From: a virus
Lineage: Duplodnaviria > Heunggongvirae > Uroviricota > Caudoviricetes
Length of the DNA: 42,657 bases
Virus record (IMG/VR): IMGVR_UViG_2925914267_000007
Span: 1 to 42,657 of that record
Strand: one strand, 5' to 3'
Below are positions 1 through 9,607 of the stretch, one piece after another (position 1 is the first letter of the stretch; the number at the start of each line of letters is the position of its first letter). A model generated the notes under the pieces. The model made no database searches and was not told the origin of the DNA. It saw nothing but the letters and a program-made list of their open reading frames with translations. The position numbers were made by a program, and so were the translations under genes.

Positions 1-6
1 AAGAAA

Positions 7-38
7 TAGGGCTTCCACCTGGGAAGCCCTTTCTTTTT
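7..38. terminator. GC-rich hairpin with T-run, bidirectional-looking intrinsic terminator
   Basis: Inverted repeat GGGCTTCC (8-15) / GGAAGCCC (22-29) followed by TTCTTTTT. Confidence 0.4.
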
Positions 39-165
39 ATAGTTCGGCTGTATGTAGGGTACAGCACGATGAATCTGTTAGAGGCGCAATAGTGACAGAT
101 TTGATTATCAATTCCTATTTTGTTCTAAGGATAAAACCTTAGGTTGTGATCATCCGCACAATCCC

Positions 166-408
166 TTAGTAACGCCAGCGGTCATAACGCTGATATTTCG
201 GCACTTTTGGTGCTTTAATCGCCTTAATAACCCACACCACCGCAATCGCCAGTAGTAACCACGGCAGCAACTTAATCATCAATGCCAGCATACCGCCGAG
301 GAACATAATGGCCGTCGCCACAACCAGCGCGGCGATAATGCCCAGCAACGAAACGCCGGTGACCATCAGCATGACAAAAAAGCCAATCACAAAAAGTAGT
401 TCCAGCAT
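166..408 (-). CDS. pspG: phage shock protein G, 80 aa small membrane protein
   Basis: Last 80 aa of the 150-aa ORF (MLELLFVIGFFVML...KYQRYDRWRY) match PspG as I recall it; ATG at 408; hydrophobic. Upstream part of the ORF judged non-coding. Confidence 0.8.
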   Translation of the reverse strand: MLELLFVIGFFVMLMVTGVSLLGIIAALVVATAIMFLGGMLALMIKLLPWLLLAIAVVWVIKAIKAPKVPKYQRYDRWRY

Positions 409-440
409 GATGCACTCCCAAATATGAAATCTCTTGCTGG

Positions 441-460
441 CATTACAAGAATCATGCCAA
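441..460 (-). promoter_or_regulatory. candidate sigma54 promoter for pspG
   Basis: Minus-strand TTGGCATGATTCTTGTAAT resembles a sigma54 -24/-12 element of the psp type, about 30 nt upstream of the pspG start. Confidence 0.4.
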
Positions 461-483
461 AAATAATCTATTGATTTAACAGC

Positions 484-512
484 AAAACGCCCCGCGACGG
501 TGCGCAGGGCGT
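484..512 (-). terminator. intrinsic terminator downstream of dusA
   Basis: Minus-strand hairpin CGCCCTGCG / CGCGGGGCG (one mismatch) followed by TTTTGCT, about 30 nt after the dusA stop. Confidence 0.4.
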
Positions 513-541
513 GGTGAATTTGACTATTTTTTGGTGAAAAG

Positions 542-1579
542 TTAACGCTTATCCGCCACCAGTTTGAGCGCGTGTTCCAGCACATTAATGTCTGCACCCG
601 CTTTATGGGCATTTTCACTTAAATAACGCCGCCACTGCCGCGCGCCAGGAATACCCTGGAACAAGCCCAACATATGCCGGGTAATATGACCGAGATACGT
701 CCCCTGGCTGAGTTCACGCTCAATGTACGGATACATGGCGCGCACTACCGCCACCGGATCGGCATCGATATCCGAGGAACCAAAGATCTCCCGGTCTACC
801 GCCGCCAGAATACCCGGATTCTGATACGCCTCGCGCCCGACCATCACGCCATCCATATGTTGCAGGTGTGCTTTGGCCTCTTCCAGCGACTTGATACCAC
901 CGTTAATCGACATTGTCAGATGCGGAAAGTCACGCTTCAGTTGATACACACGCGGATAATCGAGCGGCGGGATCTCACGGTTTTCTTTCGGACTTAACCC
1001 CGAAAGCCAGGCTTTACGTGCATGGATGATGAACATCTCACACTCGCCTTTGCCGGAAACGGTGTTGATGAAATCGCAGAGAAATTCATAGCTGTCCTGG
1101 TCGTCGATGCCAATACGCGTTTTCACCGTCACCGGAATCGACACCACATCGCGCATCGCTTTCACGCAGTCGGCAACCAGCTGCGCATTACCCATCAGAC
1201 ACGCACCAAACATGCCGTTCTGCACCCGGTCAGACGGGCAGCCGACATTCAGGTTGATCTCATCATATCCACGCGCTTCTGCCAGCTTCGCACACTGTGC
1301 CAGCGCCGCCGGATCGCTACCGCCGAGTTGCAACGCTACCGGATGTTCTTCTTCACTGTACGCCAGGTAATCACCTTTACCGTGAATAATCGCCCCTGTG
1401 GTCACCATTTCGGTATACAGCAACGTATTGCGGGAAAGCAGACGCAAGAAATAGCGGCAATGTCTGTCCGTCCAGTCGAGCATTGGTGCAACGCTAAACC
1501 GACCACTCCAGTGAACGTCAGTTTTTTCAGGCATCACACTGGTTTGATTAATTTTTTGTGTTTCATGATTATCGTGCAT
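542..1579 (-). CDS. dusA: tRNA-dihydrouridine synthase A (TIM-barrel flavoenzyme); N-terminal residues likely supplied by the prophage
   Basis: 345-aa ORF with near full-length identity to DusA as recalled; first ~15 residues ([15 protein letters not shown]) differ from the K-12 form I remember. True start may be an internal Met. Confidence 0.85.
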   Translation of the reverse strand: MHDNHETQKINQTSVMPEKTDVHWSGRFSVAPMLDWTDRHCRYFLRLLSRNTLLYTEMVTTGAIIHGKGDYLAYSEEEHPVALQLGGSDPAALAQCAKLAEARGYDEINLNVGCPSDRVQNGMFGACLMGNAQLVADCVKAMRDVVSIPVTVKTRIGIDDQDSYEFLCDFINTVSGKGECEMFIIHARKAWLSGLSPKENREIPPLDYPRVYQLKRDFPHLTMSINGGIKSLEEAKAHLQHMDGVMVGREAYQNPGILAAVDREIFGSSDIDADPVAVVRAMYPYIERELSQGTYLGHITRHMLGLFQGIPGARQWRRYLSENAHKAGADINVLEHALKLVADKR

Positions 1580-1612
1580 TTTTGAACATTTCAGGCTATT
1601 TTTCTCGCGTTA

Positions 1613-1647
1613 GGTTCCCGCACAGGTTCCCACGTTTTATGGGAACC
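1613..1647. promoter_or_regulatory. GGTTCCC direct repeats plus inverted GGGAACC copy between dusA and int; candidate integrase-binding or int promoter element
   Basis: GGTTCCC at 1613-1619 and 1625-1631, GGGAACC at 1641-1647, in the 88-bp divergent intergenic region. Confidence 0.3.
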
Positions 1648-1667
1648 CGAAATAACGAGGTCGTGTA

Positions 1668-2765
1668 ATGGCGTACTATAACATAGAGAAACGACTAAAA
1701 TCCGATGGCACACCACGCTATCGCTGTAATGTGATTATCAAAGAAAAAGGTGTTATCACTTACAGGGAAAGCAAAACATTCCCTAAACATGCTCATGCCA
1801 AAACATGGGGCACACAGAAAGTGATGGAATTAGATCTATATGGCATTCCATCATCAAATGCAGTTGACGGACTTACAGTCCGTGACTTACTACACAAATA
1901 TTTAAATGACCCAAATGCCGGAGGTAAAGCAGGCCGTACTAAAAGATATGTGCTGGAACTGCTTATGGATAGTGACATCTCCGCGATCAAACTATCTGAA
2001 CTGACAGAAAATGACGTAATTGAACATTGCAGGCTAAGAAACAACGCTGGCGCAGGTCCAGCAACAGTCAGCCACGATGTTAGTTATCTTGGCAGTGTTC
2101 TGGATGCGGCCAAACCTGTATACGGAATTAATTACACATCAAACCCGGCGAAAAGTGCTCGTCCATATCTACTTAAACTTGGTTTGATTGGTAAATCAAA
2201 CCGTCGTAATCGTAGACCAGCATCTGCTGAACTGGACATGCTCATTGAAGGCCTTCAACAACGATCTACTCATAAATGCTCAAAAATTCCGTTCGTTGAT
2301 ATCCTCAAATTTTCTGTATGGTCCTGTATGCGAATCGGAGAAGTATGCCGGTTACGATGGGAAGATCTCGACCAAGAACAAAAATCTATACTCGTAAGAT
2401 ACAGGAAAGATCCACGCAAAAAGGAAGGCAACCACATGAAAGTAGCCTTGCTTGGGGAAGCCTGGGATATCGTCCAACGACAGCCCCAAAAATCGGAATT
2501 CATTTTTCCATATAACAGCACTTCTGTTACTGCGGGATTTCAGAGGGTAAGAAGCAAATTAGGTATTAAGGATCTGCGATACCATGATTTGCGTAGAGAA
2601 GGGGCAAGTCGCTTATTTGAGGCTGGTTTTAGTATTGAGGAAGTCGCCCAGGTTACAGGGCATCGTTCATTAAACGTGCTATGGCAGGTATATACCGAAC
2701 TGTATCCGAAATCTTTACATAATCGTTTTGAAGAGCTCCAAAGGAGCAGAAATAAGACCCCTTGA
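1668..2765 (+). CDS. tyrosine-type site-specific integrase (dusA-associated integrase class)
   Basis: 365 aa, AT-rich; C-terminal YHDLRRE...GHRS...Y motifs typical of tyrosine recombinases; divergent and adjacent to the dusA 5' end. Confidence 0.85.
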   Translation: MAYYNIEKRLKSDGTPRYRCNVIIKEKGVITYRESKTFPKHAHAKTWGTQKVMELDLYGIPSSNAVDGLTVRDLLHKYLNDPNAGGKAGRTKRYVLELLMDSDISAIKLSELTENDVIEHCRLRNNAGAGPATVSHDVSYLGSVLDAAKPVYGINYTSNPAKSARPYLLKLGLIGKSNRRNRRPASAELDMLIEGLQQRSTHKCSKIPFVDILKFSVWSCMRIGEVCRLRWEDLDQEQKSILVRYRKDPRKKEGNHMKVALLGEAWDIVQRQPQKSEFIFPYNSTSVTAGFQRVRSKLGIKDLRYHDLRREGASRLFEAGFSIEEVAQVTGHRSLNVLWQVYTELYPKSLHNRFEELQRSRNKTP

Positions 2766-2767
2766 CA

Positions 2768-2811
2768 CTGTTTATCCATACAGTTAAAAATGATGCTGTA
2801 TACAAACACAG
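2768..2811. promoter_or_regulatory. two tandem LexA (SOS) boxes overlapping the promoter of the DinI-like gene
   Basis: CTGT-N8-ACAG at 2768-2783 (CTGTttatccatACAG) and 2796-2811 (CTGTatacaaacACAG); TTGACA at 2762-2767; RBS GGAGGG at 2815-2820. Confidence 0.6.
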
Positions 2812-2826
2812 TATGGAGGGACTTTT

Positions 2827-3075
2827 ATGCGTATTGAAATCTGCATAGCCAAAGAAAAAATGACTAAAATGCCAACCGGTGCTGTGGATGCGTTAAAGGA
2901 AGAATTAACCCGACGCATCAGTAAGCGTTATGACGATGTTGAGGTGTTAGTAAAAGCCACCAGCAATGATGGCCTTTCTGTTACACGCACCGCAGATAAG
3001 GATTCTGCAAAAACTTTTGTTCAGGAGACTCTGAAAGATACCTGGGAATCTGCTGACGAGTGGTTTGTTCACTAA
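2827..3075 (+). CDS. DinI-family SOS-response protein
   Basis: 82 aa; MRIEICIAK... and C-terminal [16 protein letters not shown] resemble DinI; preceded by LexA boxes. Confidence 0.75.
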   Translation: MRIEICIAKEKMTKMPTGAVDALKEELTRRISKRYDDVEVLVKATSNDGLSVTRTADKDSAKTFVQETLKDTWESADEWFVH

Positions 3076-3326
3076 TAAACACGTAAAATCTGTAACGGCT
3101 GGAAATCATTCAATACTCGCACTATCGAAAGTTCACCAGCCAACCGCAGCGCGTTCTTGCATACGACGTGGCTGCGGTCTCAACTCCGTCCCCCACCAAT
3201 CATGATTGGGCAGTACCAGTACAGCACTAGTAAAAACTGGAAATAAGCAGTCTCAGCAAAATACCGGCCAGACGGTGAGAAGACAAAAAAGATACGCAAA
3301 GTAGCCGCGGCCCTTAGTGACATGAA

Positions 3327-3349
3327 ATCCCGCTATACGGGCTTTTTTG
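3327..3349 (+). terminator. weak intrinsic terminator candidate
   Basis: Short hairpin CCCG-ctata-CGGG followed by six T. Confidence 0.3.
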
Positions 3350-3423
3350 TATCTGCACACGATTGATTATTAGGTCCGTATAGCTAATAGTGGTCTTAAC
3401 CTACATATAGAATCAGAGACTTT

Positions 3424-4119
3424 ATGAAAAAGGAAATACTCAAGGCTCTTTGCCCTACATGCGGTGGGTTACGTAACTGCACTGTGCATGGGAAGCTAAC
3501 CACTAGCTGGGAGGATTCCCAATATCCAGTTTATGGGTACCATTACCATCACCTACTCCAATGCAATGGCTGTGATACTGTCTTCTATCACCACAACGAA
3601 CACTTCAGTGAGCATACTACCCACGAATATCGTGATGGTGAATTTGTAGAAACGCCTATAGATATGATCACTACCTATCCTGCCGCTGAAACATTTCAAG
3701 CTCCGATATGGTTATCCAAGCTTGAATCAGTTGATCGTCAGCTCTTTCAAATATTTAATGAAATGTATTCTTCATATACTTCTGACCATTTCATTCTTTC
3801 GTCCATCGGTTTACGGACGATTTTTGATCGAACTGCTGAACTGTTACAAATTCACCCCGGTTTGCCGCTTGGTGAAAAAGTTGAAAAATTAAAACAAGAT
3901 GGAGTCATAGGCGACACTGAGGCATGCGTTATATCTTCAGTAATTGATGCAGGAAACGCCGCCGCACATCGCAGTTGGAGCCCGAATAAAAGTGAGTTCG
4001 AACAAATGCTAGAAGCTATAGAAAGTTTTGTCCAAAGAACTATCTTGGGCAAAAAATCACTTGAACATATAACCAAACAACTCCCACCTCGGGTTACAAG
4101 ACCTAAAAATAGTGCATAA
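3424..4119 (+). CDS. orphan zinc-ribbon protein with a C-terminal DUF4145-like domain; candidate accessory or defence gene
   Basis: 231 aa, AT-rich; N-terminal CPTCGG...CTVHG and HH..CNGCD Cys/His clusters; C-terminal GNAAAHRSW motif recalled as characteristic of DUF4145. Confidence 0.6.
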   Translation: MKKEILKALCPTCGGLRNCTVHGKLTTSWEDSQYPVYGYHYHHLLQCNGCDTVFYHHNEHFSEHTTHEYRDGEFVETPIDMITTYPAAETFQAPIWLSKLESVDRQLFQIFNEMYSSYTSDHFILSSIGLRTIFDRTAELLQIHPGLPLGEKVEKLKQDGVIGDTEACVISSVIDAGNAAAHRSWSPNKSEFEQMLEAIESFVQRTILGKKSLEHITKQLPPRVTRPKNSA

Positions 4120-4145
4120 TCCGCGATCATCAATGTGGCGTAAGG

Positions 4146-4738
4146 TTATGGTTTACTTGCTACAGGGAATTTTTTATACACCGTTGAAATACCCAGATCA
4201 TAAATCAGTGCGACTTGCTGCTGATATATTCCCGATTCAATCAACCTGCCAGCCTGCCCCCATTGTTCTACTGTCAGCTTTGGCTTTCGCCCACCGTTCC
4301 TCCCTTCTTGTCGTGCTGCGGCAAAGCCGCCCTAGTACGTTCGACAATAAGCTCTCGCTCCATTTCAGCCAAGGCACCCATCACATGAAAGAAAAAGCGC
4401 CCCATTGGTGTGCTGGTATCAATAGCATCCGTCAGGCTGCGAAAATTAACGCCACGTTCGCGCAACTCTTCCACCAGCACGACAAGATGCCGCATACTGC
4501 GCCCCAGTCGGTCCAGTTTCCAGACCACCAGCGTGTCACCTGCCGATAATGTCCTGAGCAGCTTTTTCAGTCCTGGTCTGTCGGACTTTGTACCGCTTAT
4601 CTTGTCTTCAAAAATCAGCTCACATCCTGCACAGTTCAGCGCATTACGTTGTAGATCGGTATTCTGGTCATTTGTTGATACACGTACATAGCCAATAAGT
4701 ATGTTAAATCCCCCTGGTAAAAGCAGGAATGATGCCAT
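4146..4738 (-). pseudogene. Gin/Pin/Hin-family serine DNA invertase, decayed (start codon ATA plus frameshift)
   Basis: Catalytic domain (ILIGYVRVSTNDQ...ERTRA) in one frame 4274-4738, HTH domain (AAARQEGRNGGRKPKLT...VALIYDLGISTVYKKFP) in another frame down to the TAA at 4146-4148; canonical Met codon reads ATA; apparent 1-nt loss near 4326-4331. Confidence 0.6.
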
Positions 4739-4756
4739 TTGCTTGTTATTTCTTCA

Positions 4757-4782
4757 TTTTCATAAACGTTGGTTTGGGAGAA
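4757..4782. repeat. left 26-bp crossover site (gix/hix-like) of the invertible tail-fibre segment
   Basis: Reverse complement TTCTCCCAAACCAACGTTTATGAAAA matches the right site at 19 of 26 positions with central AA; lies just upstream of the invertase. Confidence 0.6.
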
Positions 4783-5238
4783 ACGATAAATAAAGCCTCC
4801 GGAGCTATGCAGAAATCGGCTAATGGAGCTGATATTTCTGATGTATCAGCCTTCCGAAATGCGCTCCAGTTAGGGACCGCCGCAACACGAGATGTTGGAG
4901 CAGATAATGCCTCGAAGTTACTGGATTTAGACAGCTTCAGGTCAATGATGTCAGGGAATGGCTACATCTACATTCCATGCATTGCGACGACAGGAAACCC
5001 GGTGAAACTTATGTTGCAGTGGGGAACGGTGGCAACACAAAAGGGAGCTGATGCTGGATATGCCTTACCATTTGCTTTTCCCTATGCAGGCTTATTTGCG
5101 ACCGGAAACCGTGGAACATCTGGCTACAATGCCGCGATGAATGTGCGTATTGCCAGCAGAACGCATATCAGTATTCAGAACTGGTCGCCATCCGGAGAGG
5201 GCACCGAAGATTGTTGTTTTATCGCGCTGGGGTATTAA
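4771..5238 (+). CDS. silent alternative tail-fibre C-terminal segment, expressed only after inversion
   Basis: Open frame without its own start; junction encodes VGLGE, mirroring the LGLGE junction in the expressed fibre. Confidence 0.5.
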   Translation, partial: GLGETINKASGAMQKSANGADISDVSAFRNALQLGTAATRDVGADNASKLLDLDSFRSMMSGNGYIYIPCIATTGNPVKLMLQWGTVATQKGADAGYALPFAFPYAGLFATGNRGTSGYNAAMNVRIASRTHISIQNWSPSGEGTEDCCFIALGY

Positions 5239-5240
5239 GA

Positions 5241-5657
5241 ATGAATAAATTTTATAAAGGCTCTTTCTATCCGAAAGCACTAAAAGAGGTATATATCAGC
5301 GCCGGTTCATGGCCTGAAAATGGCGTTGATGTTGATGATGAAACAATGGCAATTTACACAGGCGTAGCGCCACAAGGCAAAACGCTGGGGGCTGATAAAA
5401 ATGGTAATCCTGCGTGGATTGATATCCCGCCACTCTCCGCTGAACAACAGATTATTCAGGCTGAACAGAAAAGAACGGTATTGCGCTCTATGGCTGATAA
5501 GGAAATAGTCTGGAGACAGGATGCTTTTGATGCGGAAATCGCGACGGCAGAAGAAACCGCCGCGTTATCTGAATGGAAAAAATACCGAGTCTTGCTGATG
5601 CGCGTTGATACATCAAATCCCGTCTGGCCTACGCCTCCGGGGGAGCAGGCCAATTGA
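5241..5657 (+). CDS. tail fibre assembly protein, alternative copy
   Basis: 138 aa; Tfa-like sequence ending VWPTPP; 3' end overlaps the convergent Tfa gene. Confidence 0.6.
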   Translation: MNKFYKGSFYPKALKEVYISAGSWPENGVDVDDETMAIYTGVAPQGKTLGADKNGNPAWIDIPPLSAEQQIIQAEQKRTVLRSMADKEIVWRQDAFDAEIATAEETAALSEWKKYRVLLMRVDTSNPVWPTPPGEQAN

Positions 5658-6249
5658 TATCCGGCGCGGTGCTGGTATCAGTTGCCGTCACCGCGTCAAT
5701 GTAATCCAGCACGACGTTAAGCCGGGTGGTTTCTGTCTGCGTCAGTTTTCGCCCGGCCTGCAATTTCAGTTGAATCAGATTAATGGAAGCCATTGCAGTA
5801 TCAATCAGCGACTGGCGTTGTGTTTCTGCCGCTTCTACAGCGGCACGATGTTGCGCATCTGTATCGGTCACCCATTCCTCACCATCCCATTTATCGTATG
5901 GCGTTAACGGTGCGACAGTGGTTATGTTTTCAGGGTAATCACCCGGAGTGGCAATTTCTGCTGCCTCACGGGTTTCTGTGTTATAGACTGTCTCACCCCG
6001 ATGGTCCGGCACATACTCCCACGCGGTCAGGTCAGCAGTGCGGCAAATCATATAACCAGCCCGCCTTTCCCCGGGGGCATCAGTGCATGAATGTGCAGGA
6101 AGGCCAACGCCCACAGCCAGATATTCGGTTGACGTGCAAAGGTATTCCCGCGTCTTATTATCGTAGCTGTGGACAACAACCTCTCCTGCAACTGTTGCCA
6201 GCCGCGATTCATTCAGCACCGCTGTAGTCATGGTGTTCTTGCTCATCAT
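5629..6249 (-). CDS. tail fibre assembly protein, expressed copy
   Basis: 206 aa; Tfa-like, ending INWPAPPEA; immediately downstream of the tail fibre gene. Confidence 0.7.
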   Translation of the reverse strand: MMSKNTMTTAVLNESRLATVAGEVVVHSYDNKTREYLCTSTEYLAVGVGLPAHSCTDAPGERRAGYMICRTADLTAWEYVPDHRGETVYNTETREAAEIATPGDYPENITTVAPLTPYDKWDGEEWVTDTDAQHRAAVEAAETQRQSLIDTAMASINLIQLKLQAGRKLTQTETTRLNVVLDYIDAVTATDTSTAPDINWPAPPEA

Positions 6250-7010
6250 GCAGCCCTTACGATGTAGTTAAATGCAATGTTACGTGGCCTTGCATAACCC
6301 AGATACTGAATCCCCCAGGCTCCCACTGGAACGGGGTTCCAGATATGTTCTGTAGGTATACTTTTCGCTCTGAGAATATCTGAATTGGTTTCAGTTTTAT
6401 CCCATCCCAGCAGGGCAATGTCGTTTACCGAAAACTGCACCACGCTGTCGGGTGATATATTGGCTTCCTGAACCAGATAAGAGCCTTTTTGCCACGACAA
6501 CAACGTCCGGCTACTGTCCACTCCGCGCCCGTCATCCCAGCCACGAATAAATTCACCACGTAAATCAGGCAATATATTTGTCGGGTAAGCCTTTGCCAGT
6601 TCCGGGTATTCTTCAGCAGAAAATGCCGCCCCGTTGCATTTCAGCCAGCCTGTTGGCGGAGTGGTGGAAGGCCACGGAACAGGCACACCAACGGGTAATG
6701 CAGAGCCTTCTCCCAGACCAAGGTTTTCGAGAGCCGTTTTCACCGTGCCATCCGATTTGATATCGCCAAACGGATTCTTGCGGCTTAACAGCAGCGCACG
6801 AAGTGCGGTAAGCAGCTGGTCGTGCCGCGCCTTCTCCAGACTGGCACCGGATGCCTCAACAACGCTACAAAGTTCTTCCTGCAACATGTCAAAGTAGTCA
6901 TCATCCAGATCGGTGGCAGGTGTGCCGGTCTGGGGGTTACCACGGGTAAAACCGTTCTTACCCGCGCCGAACTTATCCTTCTGCGCGGTTTTCGTGTCTA
7001 TACGATGCAT
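6246..7010 (-). CDS. tail fibre protein (constant N-terminal part plus current variable C-terminal part)
   Basis: 254 aa; collar-like motif [21 protein letters not shown]; the crossover site falls at codons 95-101. Confidence 0.7.
   Translation of the reverse strand: MHRIDTKTAQKDKFGAGKNGFTRGNPQTGTPATDLDDDYFDMLQEELCSVVEASGASLEKARHDQLLTALRALLLSRKNPFGDIKSDGTVKTALENLGLGEGSALPVGVPVPWPSTTPPTGWLKCNGAAFSAEEYPELAKAYPTNILPDLRGEFIRGWDDGRGVDSSRTLLSWQKGSYLVQEANISPDSVVQFSVNDIALLGWDKTETNSDILRAKSIPTEHIWNPVPVGAWGIQYLGYARPRNIAFNYIVRAA
6710..6735. repeat. right 26-bp crossover site of the invertible segment, inside the tail fibre gene
   Basis: TTCTCCCAGACCAAGGTTTTCGAGAG; inverted copy of the left site; core ACCAAGGTTTT resembles hix/gix half-sites. 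Confidence 0.6.
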
Positions 7011-7013
7011 GGA

Positions 7014-7598
7014 TTACTCCGGATATTTAAAAATTACGTAGGTATGCGAAGGGCAGAGTTTGTTAAGCACGCACTCGACAACGGTGTCGCCCCAGATACG
7101 CAGTGCGGAATCACAGGGATCGCCACATGTCATCCAGGTGGTGTTGGTGGCGGCTGGCATGTTGACCTGCCAGTAATACCGCCATTCCGGCGCATTCACT
7201 GCGTCAGTACAGGCCGATGAGCAGGTGAACGTGCTTTTATCGTATCGCGTGATAGTGGCGTCTGGTCTGCCCAGGGCAGCAAGCTGTGCAAGATAAAAAT
7301 CCTCATTGATGCCGCCCGCCAGATTAACCTTCGCATCCAGCCGTTGCTGACGCTGGCGAAGGGTCTGTGTCCCTGCGGGAATACATTCATCCGGCAGACC
7401 GCACAGACGCTCCCAGCGGTTTATCAGTTCGGTGGTGGTGCGCGGATCCAGCTCCCGCATCAGGGCATCCGCACGCTGATGAACGCGGGTTAATGACGGT
7501 GCCGCACCGGCAATCGCCGGATCGCTGACTGACCACGCCGGACCGGGCGGCAACAGTGCCGACAACAGACGGATATAATCATCGTTTGTCACGTCCAT
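7014..7598 (-). CDS. tail/baseplate protein, Mu gp48-like (DUF2313, e14 YmfQ-like)
   Basis: 194 aa; Cys-rich C-terminus; position between baseplate J and the tail fibre. Confidence 0.55.
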   Translation of the reverse strand: MDVTNDDYIRLLSALLPPGPAWSVSDPAIAGAAPSLTRVHQRADALMRELDPRTTTELINRWERLCGLPDECIPAGTQTLRQRQQRLDAKVNLAGGINEDFYLAQLAALGRPDATITRYDKSTFTCSSACTDAVNAPEWRYYWQVNMPAATNTTWMTCGDPCDSALRIWGDTVVECVLNKLCPSHTYVIFKYPE

Positions 7599-8647
7599 GA
7601 AATCGTCCCCAGAACCGCCAGCTCATTTTTTGCAATGGAGATATTGTCCGCCGGGGCAAGCAACTGATGGCTGTATTCCCCGTTCGTACCGGAAATCGCT
7701 TCACTGATACGTGACACCTTCAGTTCTCCCTGCGGATAACCATCACGCAGCAGGAACGAACGCAACTCGGCGGTGATGGCAGCCCGTATTTCCGGTGTGT
7801 CCGGCGTCACGCGGATATGAAAATCCACTTTATGCGCCACCGGCCTGAATACATACAAATCAGAGCCTGCCACCGGGGCCAGTGGCCCGATATGTTGTCT
7901 TGCCGCCGTTTCCGTTGACTCTTCCGGAATGGGATTAATCAGGTCACTGCTGGCAATCATCACACCGACAGTCCCCGTTCCCATCCAGTGTCGGTATGTC
8001 CATGCGCGGGTAATGCCGGGCACTTCTTTAGCCCAGACGACATAGTCCCCGTCAGCCCCGCCCTGCGGCGTCCAGTAATACCGCTCAATGACGCGGGCGC
8101 GCCACGTTTCCAGCTCTTCAGTATCAAATCCGCCAGTCAGGATGTCAGCCACACCGGAAGACGGCAGACCATTCACCGGCGTGACCAGGATTAATGCCGT
8201 ACCGTCGTCAGCGTTACCGACCGCACCTGCACTTGAGCAGGCGATCGGCACGCGCAGGACACCACCGGAGCTGGTTGCATCGACAGTTGCCGTGTACTGA
8301 ACCAGGTCATCGCGCTGAATAACACTCCCGGCGGTCACCTTCAGGCCATCGCTGACACCTTCCCAGCGCATATACCCGCTGGCAGCCGTGGCCCCCTTGC
8401 GCGGACACCGTTTCATCGCAGCATGTCGCGCCAGCCAGGACTCATCGCACAGGTCAGGCAGCATGTTCATTGCCAGATAATCGATGTACCCGTAAACCGT
8501 ATGCAGCGCCGCCGCATACACCTTTGCCCGCACGTCTTCATCCATGCGCCGGAGCGTGTCGCTGACGTCCAGCCTGGCGAATAAATCGTTACGGAGCATA
8601 CTGATATTTTCTGCCAGCGTCGGGCGCTGAAATTCACTGTCCGCCAT
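7589..8647 (-). CDS. baseplate J-like protein (Mu gp47-like)
   Basis: 352 aa; synteny within the Mu-type baseplate module. Confidence 0.65.
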   Translation of the reverse strand: MADSEFQRPTLAENISMLRNDLFARLDVSDTLRRMDEDVRAKVYAAALHTVYGYIDYLAMNMLPDLCDESWLARHAAMKRCPRKGATAASGYMRWEGVSDGLKVTAGSVIQRDDLVQYTATVDATSSGGVLRVPIACSSAGAVGNADDGTALILVTPVNGLPSSGVADILTGGFDTEELETWRARVIERYYWTPQGGADGDYVVWAKEVPGITRAWTYRHWMGTGTVGVMIASSDLINPIPEESTETAARQHIGPLAPVAGSDLYVFRPVAHKVDFHIRVTPDTPEIRAAITAELRSFLLRDGYPQGELKVSRISEAISGTNGEYSHQLLAPADNISIAKNELAVLGTISWT

Positions 8648-9062
8648 GCGTTATCGCACTCCACAGATCATCAAAAGAAATCATTACCGGTCCGTCACGA
8701 CGCCAGAGAGTGATACTGTTACCCAGTTCATTAATCCCGGTGCGGCGGATATCCAGATCAATACGGGACACCACGCCATCATCAATCATCCATTGCAGGC
8801 ATTCGCGGATATACCCCCTTACCGTCTGCACCAGCTGATTGGTCAGTTTGCTGCGCTGAAGCAGCCACAGTCGGGAGCCGTAACGGTCATTCTGTACCGC
8901 AGGCCAGGTATCCCCCCACCATCCCATCGGGACGTCGGCGTTGTCATCAGGCTCCGCCCGCCGCCAGGTAAACAGGGAAATCACCACGGCGCGGGTCAGC
9001 GGATCCAGCGGTGCGCTGGCGCAGGTGCGTTTACCGTTCACCGTCAGCCACAGTTCCATCAT
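8634..9062 (-). CDS. baseplate protein, Mu gp46-like
   Basis: 142 aa; overlapping start/stop with neighbours; synteny. Confidence 0.55.
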   Translation of the reverse strand: MMELWLTVNGKRTCASAPLDPLTRAVVISLFTWRRAEPDDNADVPMGWWGDTWPAVQNDRYGSRLWLLQRSKLTNQLVQTVRGYIRECLQWMIDDGVVSRIDLDIRRTGINELGNSITLWRRDGPVMISFDDLWSAITHGGQ

Positions 9063-9607
9063 GCCTCCATCGCTTTATCCGGTTTGTCGGTGTTACTGCC
9101 CTGACCGTTCTCTCTGTGACTATGCCCGTTATAGGCAAGCCGCATCGCTGACATGGTGGTGCCGCCGGAGTCGCACAGGTCTTTCACCTGTCCTGTCACT
9201 TCCAGGTCCATTTCAAAACGTGCTTCAGGTGCATTGCGAAACGTGATCGTTTTACCTGCACCGTCCACCACGATCCCCTCCCGGGTCAGCGTCACGGACT
9301 GCCCCTGATCGTCATAGACAGCCACCTCACCCGTCTGCAGCCCTTTCAGGCGGTAGCGACGGTCCGACACCGTAACAACCACCGCATGAGAACGGTCGCC
9401 ATCCGGAAACAACACCACCGCTTCCGCACCGCTGTTTGCCCTTGCGGTAAAACCGTAGGGTTCAAGATGTTCAACCCCGGCTTTGGGTTCACCGGCAATC
9501 AGGAACACATCCACGGTCTGACATTTCGTGGCGGCACTGATGCTTTTCACCACGGCCCGCCCAATCAGGCCGAGGAGTTGTCGCTGCATGGCTTCAATCG
9601 TCCTCAT
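9059..9607 (-). CDS. baseplate assembly protein V / spike (Mu gp45-like)
   Basis: 182 aa; gpV-like; synteny. Confidence 0.6.
   Translation of the reverse strand: MRTIEAMQRQLLGLIGRAVVKSISAATKCQTVDVFLIAGEPKAGVEHLEPYGFTARANSGAEAVVLFPDGDRSHAVVVTVSDRRYRLKGLQTGEVAVYDDQGQSVTLTREGIVVDGAGKTITFRNAPEARFEMDLEVTGQVKDLCDSGGTTMSAMRLAYNGHSHRENGQGSNTDKPDKAMEA

Noticed and set aside
166-618. 150-aa ORF extending pspG upstream
   Set aside because: Only the last 80 aa match PspG; the extension overlaps the promoter region and the dusA 3' end.
674-1585. Plus-strand ORFs of 87-187 aa (674-997, 1022-1585, 1107-1370) overlapping dusA
   Set aside because: They are antisense to a well-supported conserved gene, have no RBS, and look like frame shadows.
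4112-4549. 145-aa plus-strand ORF antisense to the invertase
   Set aside because: It overlaps the recognisable invertase catalytic domain on the other strand and has no homology features.
5605-6227. Plus-strand ORFs (5605-5907, 5793-6227) inside the expressed Tfa gene
   Set aside because: Antisense shadows of a gene with a clear Tfa-like product.
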